This document shows positions 8,501 through 16,818 of a stretch of DNA of 64,000 nucleotides, in pieces. Where the stretch lies: assembly GCA_044372775.1 (NCBI GenBank), contig JBIPNO010000006.1:60207-124206 (forward strand), written 5' to 3'. The notes under the pieces are model-generated. The model saw only the letters and a program-made list of their open reading frames with translations, ran no database searches and was not told where the DNA came from. The translations under genes were made by a program, and so were the position numbers. Each line of letters begins with the position of its first letter. Position 1 is the first letter of the stretch. Origin of the DNA: Haloferula sp. Its GTDB lineage: Bacteria > Verrucomicrobiota > Verrucomicrobiia > Verrucomicrobiales > Akkermansiaceae.

Positions 8501-10719
8501 TAGAGGGATTGGCCGACGAGGAGCAAGCCGGAGGCCGGGTTCCCGGTGAGAGTGCCGTATTGGAGGACTTCGATGACGGGGTCGATGGTGGTGAGCGGGC
8601 TGGCCAGGCTGACGCTGCTGGTGCCGGTGAGGGTGACATTGCCGGTCACTGCCAGACTGCCTGGGGTGGCGGGATCGACCAGCAGCTGGGTGCCGGCCGC
8701 ATTGCCGAGGGTCAGATCGCCGCCGATGGAGCCTTCACCGGAGAGGTTGCCGAGGTCTTCGGCGATGACGTTGCCACCGAAGGAGCCACTGATGGCGAGC
8801 GTGCCGGCGGCAAGCGAGAGGGTGCCTGTGTAGGGGCTGGTGCCGGAGAGGTTGACGGTGCCGCTGCCGGTTTTGAAGATCGGCACGGAACCGGAGAGCG
8901 CGGCGGAGATGGAAGTGCTGGCGGCTCCACCGCCGAGACCGAGGCTGCCGCCGCCGAAGGTGTCGATCACATTGATCTCGGCGCTGCCGGTGATGTTGCC
9001 ACTGAGGTTCGGATTGAAGCCGTCGACGTCGAAGGCGGAGGCGGCAGCTGCGACCATGGGCGCGTTCCATGACGAATCGGCCGTCGCTTTGATGGTGCCG
9101 CCGTTGAGGATGACGGTATCGTTACCGGCTTGGGCGATCGTTCCGCGGTTACCGATTTCGACCACGCCGTTCGGCGAGATGGTCAGACTGGAGGCGTAGG
9201 TGGCGGTGCCGGCGCGATTTCGGTCGAGCATGATGCCGACGGCCTTCAAGGTGGCAGTGCCCGTTCCGCCACCGACGACCATGGTTCCCAGGCCGTCCCA
9301 GCCAATGTTGATGAGCTGGGCGTCGCCGGCATTGGCGGAGAGTGCGGAGGCGTCGAGGGTGCCGCCGGAGAGGTTGTAGACGGATCCGGGAGTCAGGGCA
9401 CCTTGGTTCCAGTGGCCGATGCGGAAGCCGTTGCCACCGGCATCGACCACGACGCTGCCGCCGGTTTGGTTGACCGCGCCGGCGGTGTTCCCACCGTCGC
9501 CGATATTGAAATAGCGGCTGGCGATCCCGGCGCCGGCTTCGATGTTCAGTGTGCCGATGAGCGCGCTGGCGCTGTTGGCGGGAGTCGAGGTCAGCGACAC
9601 GGAGGCGACGTTGACGTTGGCACCGGTGGCCAGCGTGATGGCACCGGAGTTGACGCGGAGGTTGCCGATTGCGGTGTCGGTGCCGAGGACGGAGTTGATC
9701 GTCATCACGTCATCCGCGCCGGTTCCCTGCCATTGGATGCTGGAGCCTGCGTTGCCGAAGCTGATGGCAGTGGGCAGGGTGAACGAGGTGTCGAGCTGGT
9801 AGCGCAGGGTGGCCCCGGCACCTGCGTCGCCGAGGGTCGCGGCGGTGGCGTTGGGAAGGAGGTTGGTGGTCGCGGTGCCGGCGCCGATCTGGGTGGTGCC
9901 GCGGAGGAGATTGAGGGAGCCGGTGAAGCCGGTGCCGTCGCCGGTGAGAATGGTGAGGCCGCCGTCGGTGCGGGTGAGCGTGCCGCTGCCGCTGAGCGTT
10001 CCCTGGAGACGGAAATTGTTCACGCTGCCCCAGTTCCGGATGGTCCCGCCGGCGGGCCCGATCTCGAGGTTGCGGGCGAAGGCGACGTTGACGTTGGGAT
10101 CGATCAATCCGCCGCCGTCGAGAAGGACCTCATTGGCGGCGTCACCGAAATTGGAAGCCGCGTGGACGACTCCGGAGGTGATGGTGACCTGGCCGGTGAA
10201 GGTGCTGGCACCTGTCAGGTTGAGGAAGCTGTTGGAGCTGCCACCGCCTGCGGAAAGATCGCCGTGGGCGGCGAGGGTGAGGTCGCCGGTGCCGATGATA
10301 GCCGGATTCCAGGTGAGCTGGAAGCCGCCGGTTCCTCCAAGAACCGAAGTGTTGAAAATCGAGCCACCGCTGATGTCGATGGAGCCGCCGGAGAGGGTCA
10401 CGCCCCCGGCTTCTTCGAGAAGGATCGACGGAGTCGCGACGGTGCCGGCGATGGTGACGGTTTTCGCCGCGGTGGCATCGGTGCTGGCGGAGAAGACCGC
10501 GGACTCACCGTTGACCCAGCCCACCGTGGCGGAGGATCCGGTGGAGTCGGTGCTCCAGTTGGTGCCGCTATCCCAAGTGCTTCCGGCGGTGCCCGCGCCC
10601 GGGGTGGGGCCGTTGACATCCCAGTAGAGATTGGCTGCCTGCACCGATGGAGCTGCGGCGACAGCGGTTAGAATGGCGGCGTTGAGGAGGGAGCTTCGCA
10701 AGTTCGTCGGCTTTTTCAT
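5572..10719 (-). CDS. Large secreted autotransporter-associated beta-strand repeat protein (1715 aa) with a verrucomicrobial C-terminal domain and no beta-barrel
   Basis: Signal peptide MKKPTNLRSSLLNAAILTAVAAAPSVQAANLYWD; repeats such as LVKKGSSILTINAPNTYTGGTVISEG, LTKIGAGTQIISGDSTYTGGT, LTKAGPGT; ends DSDSDGIPNGIEFVIGG...KLFARLRIDIP. Start reset from 10773 to ATG 10719. Confidence 0.85.
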   Translation of the reverse strand: MKKPTNLRSSLLNAAILTAVAAAPSVQAANLYWDVNGPTPGAGTAGSTWDSGTNWSTDSTGSSATVGWVNGESAVFSASTDATAAKTVTIAGTVATPSILLEEAGGVTLSGGSIDISGGSIFNTSVLGGTGGFQLTWNPAIIGTGDLTLAAHGDLSAGGGSSNSFLNLTGASTFTGQVTITSGVVHAASNFGDAANEVLLDGGGLIDPNVNVAFARNLEIGPAGGTIRNWGSVNNFRLQGTLSGSGTLTRTDGGLTILTGDGTGFTGSLNLLRGTTQIGAGTATTNLLPNATAATLGDAGAGATLRYQLDTSFTLPTAISFGNAGSSIQWQGTGADDVMTINSVLGTDTAIGNLRVNSGAITLATGANVNVASVSLTSTPANSASALIGTLNIEAGAGIASRYFNIGDGGNTAGAVNQTGGSVVVDAGGNGFRIGHWNQGALTPGSVYNLSGGTLDASALSANAGDAQLINIGWDGLGTMVVGGGTGTATLKAVGIMLDRNRAGTATYASSLTISPNGVVEIGNRGTIAQAGNDTVILNGGTIKATADSSWNAPMVAAAASAFDVDGFNPNLSGNITGSAEINVIDTFGGGSLGLGGGAASTSISAALSGSVPIFKTGSGTVNLSGTSPYTGTLSLAAGTLAISGSFGGNVIAEDLGNLSGEGSIGGDLTLGNAAGTQLLVDPATPGSLAVTGNVTLTGTSSVSLASPLTTIDPVIEVLQYGTLTGNPASGLLLVGQSLYRSASFSDDSFNSRVLLSIDTKALTWDGTGGLWDVTSSSNWSDGAPSGFFWGDLVTFDDTAAVTNVGLFGELQPGQVVVDSDTNNFVFNNAGQAQVETALALGNVATDGEVIVTLTSADLPGSPLTIPVAALTGDTASTWAGKVRTALSANLDVSNLFTIGGTDANLVLTRKAVNNRFFANDATLNIDLANGSPDPGITPNPTSADTTAGYPTSFIGGSGNLVKKGSSILTINAPNTYTGGTVISEGSINIRRAEALGTGTVTLGDSATGTSNVALYLDTNRVNFGRQVVVSNNGTGTATLGSRANIGGAADNNQFTNIVLQRDVIFDSNANDRTDYENITGTGGITVTGTGRSIFPTTPANWVGDLTISTTGANGAVQIGIASTGGNRIPDTSDVTVTAGGLLRFSTTSETIAGLFGAGTVNTNAPSGGTATLTVGFGGADGNFSGLLTGGPNILALTKIGAGTQIISGDSTYTGGTNITGGTIQAGNGGATGDIGSGNVTLSAGANLTYNRTGAVTLEGLLGSAAAGAGTLNINGNATTALTLAGANAGFSGVININQGSLVFGATNPTGTAANAPVMNIAAGATLTNTGTSAHAHIGTLNLSGGATVTTGSGTGSYNGENYQLNGNVTVSGGSTAAVITREASRTTANSGLALGILNGAKVFTVADVTGSPAPDLVISTELENPDNGTGALTKAGPGTVQLAGGIAHSYSGATTVSGGVLLASGSIVGTLTVQSAGTLAPGASAGSFAAGASAIDGTYACEIDGATADSLAVTGDLTLGATSTLAITTLGGGATLPTYIIASFTGTRSGSFGTVTGLPAGYSVNYDDANKRIEITNVVADVYGAWELANGITGAGSDTDSDSDGIPNGIEFVIGGDPSGPGSDSSALLPTLSTDATYLNFVFRRTDDSASYDPFVEYGSTLAGWTAAEAGVNGVIVNEDDDFFGTDIDRVTVRIPRALATGSKLFARLRIDIP

Positions 10720-10968
10720 CAGTTTTGAGGCAGTGATCGGTTTCAATATGTGGAATCCCCAACGGCCTTGCAAATATTTTAAACTTTACGGCAGAAAAAT
10801 GAGGTAAAATGCCATTTCGAGCGTTTTTGATGGAGGTGAACCCGATAAAGCCAAGGATTTGGGGAAGCGCTACGGGCGCAGAAGGTCAAGAACGCCGCCG
10901 GAAGAGGCGCTCGATCGAGCCTTTCGGGCGAGATCGTCGGATCGAAAGGGAGGGGCACCCGGTGGCCT

Positions 10969-11271
10969 TTAAGCCGACGGGGAGAGAGCTTCGGCGATCT
11001 GCCGCCATTCCTCGTCCAGGCTCAGGTCCCGGGCTGGAACCGGCTGGCGAGCCCGGGAATACCAGTAGGCGGCATTCTCCAAGTCGCCCTCCTCGCGATG
11101 CAGCCAGGCGTGGATCCACGCGCCGGCGGGATCCGGAAGGTCCTGGCAGGCATCGTGGGCCCCATGCCAGCGGCCGGCCAGGGCCAGCCAGAGCACCCGC
11201 TGCTCCGCGGTCAATGCGGCGGGCGGGTTGGCGTCGTGGCGGGCGGATAGGGCAAGGGCGGCGGCATCCAT
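10969..11271 (-). CDS. Conserved small hypothetical protein
   Basis: 100 aa with WHGAH...GAWIHAWLHREEGDLENAAYWY, a motif recalled from a widespread uncharacterised family. Confidence 0.75.
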   Translation of the reverse strand: MDAAALALSARHDANPPAALTAEQRVLWLALAGRWHGAHDACQDLPDPAGAWIHAWLHREEGDLENAAYWYSRARQPVPARDLSLDEEWRQIAEALSPSA

Positions 11272-11324
11272 GGGCGAGAAACGACTGGCAAAGCCCGGGG
11301 CTTCCGTCTTTCTTCATTCCTGTC

Positions 11325-12134
11325 ATGAAAAGAAGCCCCCTGTTCCTTCTCTCCGTCCTGTCGCTGCTTCCTCCTCTTCCGGCTGGCGAGCTTCCCCAAC
11401 TCAAAGAAAACCCCTGGATCGGCTACTATGTCGGCTACGAGCGGCGGAACTACCATTTCATGGTCAGCAGCTCCGGCGAATGCCTGCTCTCTCCGATCAG
11501 CACGAAGGGTTCCCCCCTGAGCAGCCGTCTCTCCATCAAGATCCGTCCGGTGGTCGAGGATGTCCTGCCGGGCGGCCAGATCGTCGCCAAGGCGGCGGTC
11601 GACGACGGGTGGGAAGCGGTCACACCGGCCTCCGTCGATCCGGAATCCGTGGTTTACCGCGGAACCGTGACGGGCGGGGCGCGCTTCGAGGTGAAACTTG
11701 AGTTCGACGGCGACCAGATCAGCGCGGGCGGCCGCCTTTTGGAAAAGGGAACTTTGGCCAACCCGCGGTTCATGATCCGCATCCAGGTTCCGGATGTTTA
11801 CTATCACGAGAACGATGCCGGAAAGAAGGCGGAGAAGGCCAAGAAGGACCGGATTGATCTCGTCCGGACCGATGGCAAGAAGCTGAAGCTCGATCTGATG
11901 ACCCCGCTCGACGCGGAGTCCGCGGAGTTCAATGGTCCGGGAGTCCAGCAGGCCCGCGTCGATATCGAAGGCTACCGGGGGCTTCGGCTGGACCTCGATG
12001 CCGGCAAGGACGCCTTCTTTGAATTCTGGAACAAGGGCGAGGTCGCGCTGGTCGAGGGCTTCACCCTGGGTTGGCGGCCGGATCCGGTGAAAGACCCCGA
12101 AGGCAAGGGGCGGGTCGTGCTGAAAGCCCGCTGA
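11325..12134 (+). CDS. Secreted hypothetical protein
   Basis: ATG 11325 gives MKRSPLFLLSVLSLLPPLPAGE (signal-peptide-like) and a normal-composition 269-aa body; the upstream part of track ORF 10809 is Arg/Pro-rich noise. Confidence 0.7.
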   Translation: MKRSPLFLLSVLSLLPPLPAGELPQLKENPWIGYYVGYERRNYHFMVSSSGECLLSPISTKGSPLSSRLSIKIRPVVEDVLPGGQIVAKAAVDDGWEAVTPASVDPESVVYRGTVTGGARFEVKLEFDGDQISAGGRLLEKGTLANPRFMIRIQVPDVYYHENDAGKKAEKAKKDRIDLVRTDGKKLKLDLMTPLDAESAEFNGPGVQQARVDIEGYRGLRLDLDAGKDAFFEFWNKGEVALVEGFTLGWRPDPVKDPEGKGRVVLKAR

Positions 12135-12157
12135 AAACCGCGGGTTGAGGGGTTTCA

Positions 12158-12193
12158 GTACACCGGAGAACACTTGGTGGACTCCCAGTACAC
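12158..12193 (-). promoter_or_regulatory. Distal set of 10-bp-periodic putative MraZ boxes, inverted orientation
   Basis: gtacac 12158, gaacac 12168, gtacac 12188 (GTGTAC/GTGTTC on the minus strand); mirrors the proximal boxes. Confidence 0.45.
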
Positions 12194-12376
12194 TTCATGG
12201 TAGGATTCTGCCCGGAAATCGCCCGAGGCTTCATTTTCAGGGGACTTCTCCTGCGAAACGCAGGCGAAATTTATTTAAAATTCTGAATTGAAGAGGCTTT
12301 CTGGATTCGGTTTTTGATCTTTAAGTCTCTGAAAAACAAGGGATTAAAATTTTGTTACGGTAGTCCTGAATTTAAA

Positions 12377-12414
12377 TTGACGATTTCGGTGTACTTTGGT
12401 GTAGTTCGAGGCAC
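12377..12414 (+). promoter_or_regulatory. Putative dcw promoter (-35 TTGACG, -10 TGTAGT, 17-nt spacer) overlapped by 10-bp-periodic MraZ-type boxes
   Basis: ttgacg 12377-12382, tgtagt 12400-12405; ggtgtac 12388, ggtgtag 12398, gaggcac 12408. MraZ is known to bind three direct repeats with 10-nt period at its own promoter. Confidence 0.55.
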
Positions 12415-12436
12415 TTCAGCGGCTTGACCGCATCCG

Positions 12437-12889
12437 ATGTCCTCCTCCACCAAAGTTCACGAGAGTCACTTCGACTACAAGATGGACCCGAAATTCCGGG
12501 TTTCCATCCCTGTCGAATGGCGTCCCGAGACGGAGGAGACCGCGATCCGGCTCCAGCTCTCGAAGGAGCACGATCTGCCGGTGATCAAGGTTTTCACGGA
12601 GGAAGAGTTCGACCTGAAGTTCGAGCAGGTGGCCAACAGCAACCTGACCCCCGCCAAGAAGCAGCAGATCGTCGGTCACCTCCGCATGATGTCGAAGAAG
12701 GCCTTCGTCAGCGGCCAAGGCAAACTGACCGTCCCGAAGGATTGGAGCGAGCAAGTCGGCATCCAGTCGGAAGGCCAGGTCATCCTCGCCGGCCGCGGAC
12801 CGTTCTACATGCTCTGCACCCCGGACACTTTCGAGCGCATCAAGCAGATCGAGCTCGGCATGGACGACGGCGACCTCGGCGTCCTCTAA
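12437..12889 (+). CDS. mraZ: Transcriptional regulator MraZ
   Basis: YKMDPKFRVSIPVEWR and VSGQGKLTVPKDW SpoVT/AbrB-like repeats; first gene of the dcw cluster. Confidence 0.85.
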   Translation: MSSSTKVHESHFDYKMDPKFRVSIPVEWRPETEETAIRLQLSKEHDLPVIKVFTEEEFDLKFEQVANSNLTPAKKQQIVGHLRMMSKKAFVSGQGKLTVPKDWSEQVGIQSEGQVILAGRGPFYMLCTPDTFERIKQIELGMDDGDLGVL

Positions 12890-13019
12890 CCAAAGATTTC
12901 ACCCGCCCACACCTGATAGAAGCGACAACATGCTGTTCGCCCAACCAACTCCTGCATCCGCACAAACCGGCTCCGCGACACCCATCGCGGCGTTCGGCAA
13001 GGTGTGGGAGTTGGGCTGC

Positions 13020-13572
13020 ATTTTCCAATCCGAACGGACCGGCGCACTCGGGACAGCGCTCCGCTCCGTTCACTTCAAGACGGCTGTCCGTCCTGCATTC
13101 CATGGCTGGTTGGCAGGACGGCGGCCGGAGAATTTCCTGGCTGGGCGGAAGGGGTCACTCGGGACAGTACCCCTTTCGCTTTCAAACCCGGTGGTCCGTG
13201 CAGCTTCTGGCTGGTTGTCTGGACGGACCCCGGGACATTTTCCATGCGAACGGACCGGCGCACTCGGGACAGCGCTCCTTTCCGTTCATTCCCAAACGGC
13301 TGTCCGACCTGCGTTCCATGGCTGGTTGGCAGGGCGGCGGCCGCTGAATTTCCTGGCTGGGCGGATGGGGTTACTCGGGACAGTACCCCTTTCGCTTCTT
13401 AACTCGGTGGTCCGTGCGGCTTCTGGCTGGTTGTCCGCACGGCCCCCCGAAAATTTTCCATGCGAACGGACCGGAGCACTCGGGACAGCGCTCCGCTCCG
13501 TTCATTCCCAAACGACCGTCCGACCTGCATTCCATGGCTGGTTGGCAGGGCGGCGGTCGTTGGATTTTTTCA
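13020..13572 (+). repeat. Five-unit tandem array (A-B-A-B-A; 111/105 nt, 216-nt period) of double-hairpin elements; candidate structured RNA repeat
   Basis: Core (C/T)ACTCGGGACAG at 13045, 13156, 13261, 13372, 13477; TGGCTGGTTG in every second hairpin; long inverted repeats with compensatory changes between copies. Confidence 0.9.
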
Positions 13573-14534
13573 GTGCCCAGGCGGCACCCGGCGAGTCGTC
13601 CGGCTACCATCTCTCCGTGCTCCCTTGCGAGGTGAGCGAGTGGATGCGCGCGGGCGAGGGGATGGACCTGATCGACGGCACGCTCGGCGGCGGCGGGCAC
13701 AGCGAGGCCTTTCTGAAAGCCGGCGCGCGGGTGCTCGGCGTCGACCGCGACCCGGAAGCGCTGGCCTTCGCGTCGCAGCGGCTGGCCGCCTTCGGCGAGC
13801 GCTTCCGCACCTGGCAGGGGAATTTCGCAGATCTCCGGGACATCCCCGAGGTCCGGGGGGAAAAGGGGGCCGATGGCTTGCTTTTGGACCTCGGGGTCTC
13901 GTCCCGGCAACTCGACGCCGCGGAACGGGGATTCTCGTTCCGCGGCGCCGGCCCTCTCGACATGCGGATGGGCCCGGCTTGTCCCTTCGATGCGGCCGAG
14001 GTGGTCAACACCTGGCCGGAAGAAGAACTCATCCGCATCTTCCGCGAACTCGGCGAGGAGCCGCGCGCCCGCCGGATCGCCGCGGCGATCGTGAAGCGCC
14101 GCGCGACCCGCGCCTTCGACACCACCACCGATCTCGCGGACTGCATTGAAAAGACCATCGGCCGCACCGGCCGCATCCACCCGGCGACGAAAGCCTTCCA
14201 GGCGATCCGCATGGTGGTGAACGACGAGCTCGGTTCGCTGGAGCGCGCCTTGGAGGCATCGGTCGATGTCCTCAAGCCCGGCGGCCGCCTGTTAGTGATT
14301 ACTTTCCACAGCCTCGAGGACCGGATGGTGAAGCGCTTCATGCAGCACCGCTCGAAGCCTTTCCTCGACCAACCCGGCTGGCCCGAACCGCGGCCGAATC
14401 CCGACTGGTGCTTCCGGCTGCCCGTTCGAAAAGCGATCGCCGCGAGCGACGCAGAGATCCGAGTCAACCCGCGGGCCCGCAGTGCGAAACTGCGGGTCGC
14501 CGAGCTTCTGGACCCCACCGTTTCACCCCGATGA
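13560..14534 (+). CDS. rsmH: 16S rRNA m4C1402 methyltransferase RsmH (start uncertain: TTG 13560, or ATG 12930 with a 210-aa repeat extension)
   Basis: YHLSVLPCEV, IDGTLGGGGHS, GVDRDPEA, LLDLGVSSRQLD, GFSFRGAGPLDMRM, HPATKAFQAIRMVVNDEL, ITFHSLEDRMVK, NPRARSAKLRVAE. Confidence 0.95.
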   Translation: MDFFSAQAAPGESSGYHLSVLPCEVSEWMRAGEGMDLIDGTLGGGGHSEAFLKAGARVLGVDRDPEALAFASQRLAAFGERFRTWQGNFADLRDIPEVRGEKGADGLLLDLGVSSRQLDAAERGFSFRGAGPLDMRMGPACPFDAAEVVNTWPEEELIRIFRELGEEPRARRIAAAIVKRRATRAFDTTTDLADCIEKTIGRTGRIHPATKAFQAIRMVVNDELGSLERALEASVDVLKPGGRLLVITFHSLEDRMVKRFMQHRSKPFLDQPGWPEPRPNPDWCFRLPVRKAIAASDAEIRVNPRARSAKLRVAELLDPTVSPR

Positions 14535-14875
14535 ACCGCCTCCGCTCCGAACCGAAGACCCACTCGTCCGTCTTCATCACGCTGATCCTCGCCGCACTGG
14601 TGGTGGTGACCGGCGGCATCATGCACGCGGTTTACAAGAACTCGCAGGTCCGCACCGCCCGCCTCATCGACCAGGCCGAGCAGCGGATCGACCAGACCCG
14701 CGTCAGGATCCGCATGATCGAGGTCAACACCGACGAGCTGCTCGACCGCTTCGACATGCGGGAGCGACTCCATGAAAACGGCACCCAAATGATTGAAGTG
14801 ACCCCGGCCGACATCGAGGAGATCAAGGCCGCCCGCCCCGAGCCCGAAGTGGCTTCCCTCCGCGATTCGACATGA
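14531..14875 (+). CDS. ftsL: Cell division protein FtsL-like (bitopic, coiled coil)
   Basis: Located between rsmH and ftsI with ATGA overlaps at both ends; short cytoplasmic N-terminus, one TM helix, then a coiled coil. Call rests on position and topology. Confidence 0.65.
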   Translation: MNRLRSEPKTHSSVFITLILAALVVVTGGIMHAVYKNSQVRTARLIDQAEQRIDQTRVRIRMIEVNTDELLDRFDMRERLHENGTQMIEVTPADIEEIKAARPEPEVASLRDST

Positions 14876-16818
14876 CCTCCCGCGCCTTCCAAACCCGCTG
14901 CCTCCTGCTGTGCTCGGTCCTGGTGACCGGGCTCAGTTTGCTTTCGGTCCGCCTGATCCAGATCCAGGCATGGGACCGCAAGCACTACGCCGACAAGGCG
15001 CGGCTGACCTTCGAGCGGCGGGAGATCCTGACCGGCTTGCGCGGCAAGATCGTGGACCGCAACGAGGAGGTGCTGGCCAAGAGCATGCCGGTCGCGACGA
15101 TCCACGTGAACGTCAACCATTTGACCGATCCGCTGGTGATTTCCTATCCGCTGGCTCATGAACGGGTGAGTTTCGTCCCGGGCTGGGAAGCGCTCGATCC
15201 CCAGGCGCGGAAACGCCGCGTCCTCGCGGAGCGCAGCGTGATCCTCAAGGAGTTTGAGGAGATGCCGGCCGATGCGATCTTCGAGAAAGCGCTCGCCCAG
15301 GCGGTGAACATCCTCGCCCGGCCGCTGGGACTCCGGCGCGAAGTGATGAGGGAGCGGATCAAGAAAGCGATCCGCGGCGGTGTCCAGGAGTTCGCCCTGG
15401 TGAAAGACCTCAAGGCTGATGCGGCGGAAGGAGTCCGTGAACTGATCGCCAAGCATTGGCTCGAAGGATTCTTCCTGCGCGAGTCGTCCAAGCGCTGGTA
15501 TCCCTCGCCGGATCTCGCGACCCACGTCATCGGCTACACCGGCGAAGTGGAAGGCCGCGACGAAGATGGCGGGAGGATTTTCCGCCAGGTCGGCAAGTTC
15601 GGCATCGAGGCGACGGTGGAAGAATACCTCGCCGGCAGCGACGGCTGGCAAGAGCACCGCCGCGCGCCGAACGGTGCCCGCATCCCCGGCGACTCGTCCA
15701 GCCTCAAGCCGCCCCGCGCCGGGCTGAACGTCCAGCTCACGCTCGACATGGGCGTCCAGGCGATCATCGAGGAAGAGCTCGACGCCGGGCTGAAAGAGTT
15801 CGAGAGCCAGCGTGGCTGCGTGATCGTCATGGATCCGAAGACCGGCGAAATCCTCGGGATGGCCAGCCGGCCGGACTTCAACCTCAACCTGCTCGAGGAC
15901 CTCGACAAGTCGGCGGCGAACTTCGCGCTGCAGGCGAACTACGAGCCGGGTAGTACTATCAAGATCGTCGCCGCCGCCGGCGCGATCAACGAACGCCTCG
16001 TCAGCCCGCAGACCTCCATCTTCTGCCACAACGGCCTCTATCAAGTGGGCAAGGTGCGGGTGCCCGATCATCATCCTTACGGCTACCTCACGGTCGAAGG
16101 CGTGCTTGCCAAGTCCAGCAACATCGGGGCCTACAAGCTCGGCCTCCAGCTCGGCTCCAAGCGCTTCTACGACTACATGGACCAGTGGGGATTCGGCGTG
16201 AAGACTGGCATCCAGCTCAGCGGCGAGAGCCGCGGGGTGGTACGTGACACCGGCAACGCGGTCGATTTCTCGCGCGCCACCTACGGCTACGCGCTCGCCG
16301 TGACGCCGCTCCAGATGGCCTCCGCCTACTGCGTGATCGCCGGCGACGGCAAGCTGCGCAAGCCGCACATCGTCAAGTCGGTGATCGCCAACGACGGCAC
16401 CGTGGTCGAACGCTTCGAGCCTGAAATCGTCCGCAGCGTCCTCCGCCCGGAAGCCGCCAAGGCGATGCGCGGGGCGCTGGAGAAGGTGGTCGACATCAAG
16501 GGCACCGCGCTGCTTGCCAAGGTCCCCGGCTACCGCGCCGGCGGCAAGACCGGCACCGCCATCCGCATCAAGGACGGCCGCTACCAGCCCGGCCACTACA
16601 CCGTGTCCTTCGCCGGCATGCTGCCCGCCCAGGATCCCGCCTTCGTCTGCATCGTGGTGATCGACGATCCGCTGACCAACAAGGTGAAGCGCTACGGCGG
16701 CACCATCGCCGCGCCGGTCTTCGGCAAGATCGGCGCGCGGCTCGCCGCCCACATGAATCTCACTCCCACCGAACCGGTGGAAGACAAGGACAAGCTCGCC
16801 GGAACCCTGGAACCGTGA
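14872..16818 (+). CDS. ftsI: Class B penicillin-binding protein (FtsI/PBP3)
   Basis: RGKIVDRNEEVLA, YEPGSTIK (SxxK), KSSNIG (SxN), GGKTGTA (KTG). Confidence 0.9.
   Translation: MTSRAFQTRCLLLCSVLVTGLSLLSVRLIQIQAWDRKHYADKARLTFERREILTGLRGKIVDRNEEVLAKSMPVATIHVNVNHLTDPLVISYPLAHERVSFVPGWEALDPQARKRRVLAERSVILKEFEEMPADAIFEKALAQAVNILARPLGLRREVMRERIKKAIRGGVQEFALVKDLKADAAEGVRELIAKHWLEGFFLRESSKRWYPSPDLATHVIGYTGEVEGRDEDGGRIFRQVGKFGIEATVEEYLAGSDGWQEHRRAPNGARIPGDSSSLKPPRAGLNVQLTLDMGVQAIIEEELDAGLKEFESQRGCVIVMDPKTGEILGMASRPDFNLNLLEDLDKSAANFALQANYEPGSTIKIVAAAGAINERLVSPQTSIFCHNGLYQVGKVRVPDHHPYGYLTVEGVLAKSSNIGAYKLGLQLGSKRFYDYMDQWGFGVKTGIQLSGESRGVVRDTGNAVDFSRATYGYALAVTPLQMASAYCVIAGDGKLRKPHIVKSVIANDGTVVERFEPEIVRSVLRPEAAKAMRGALEKVVDIKGTALLAKVPGYRAGGKTGTAIRIKDGRYQPGHYTVSFAGMLPAQDPAFVCIVVIDDPLTNKVKRYGGTIAAPVFGKIGARLAAHMNLTPTEPVEDKDKLAGTLEP

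Noticed and set aside
5563-10671. Long plus-strand ORFs (5563..7938, 9130..10671 and others)
   Set aside because: Antisense shadows of the repeat-protein gene, typical of high-GC DNA with biased third positions; no motifs.
13020-13572. CRISPR array
   Set aside because: Units are 105-111 nt and repeat along their whole length with no unique spacers; no cas genes in the window.
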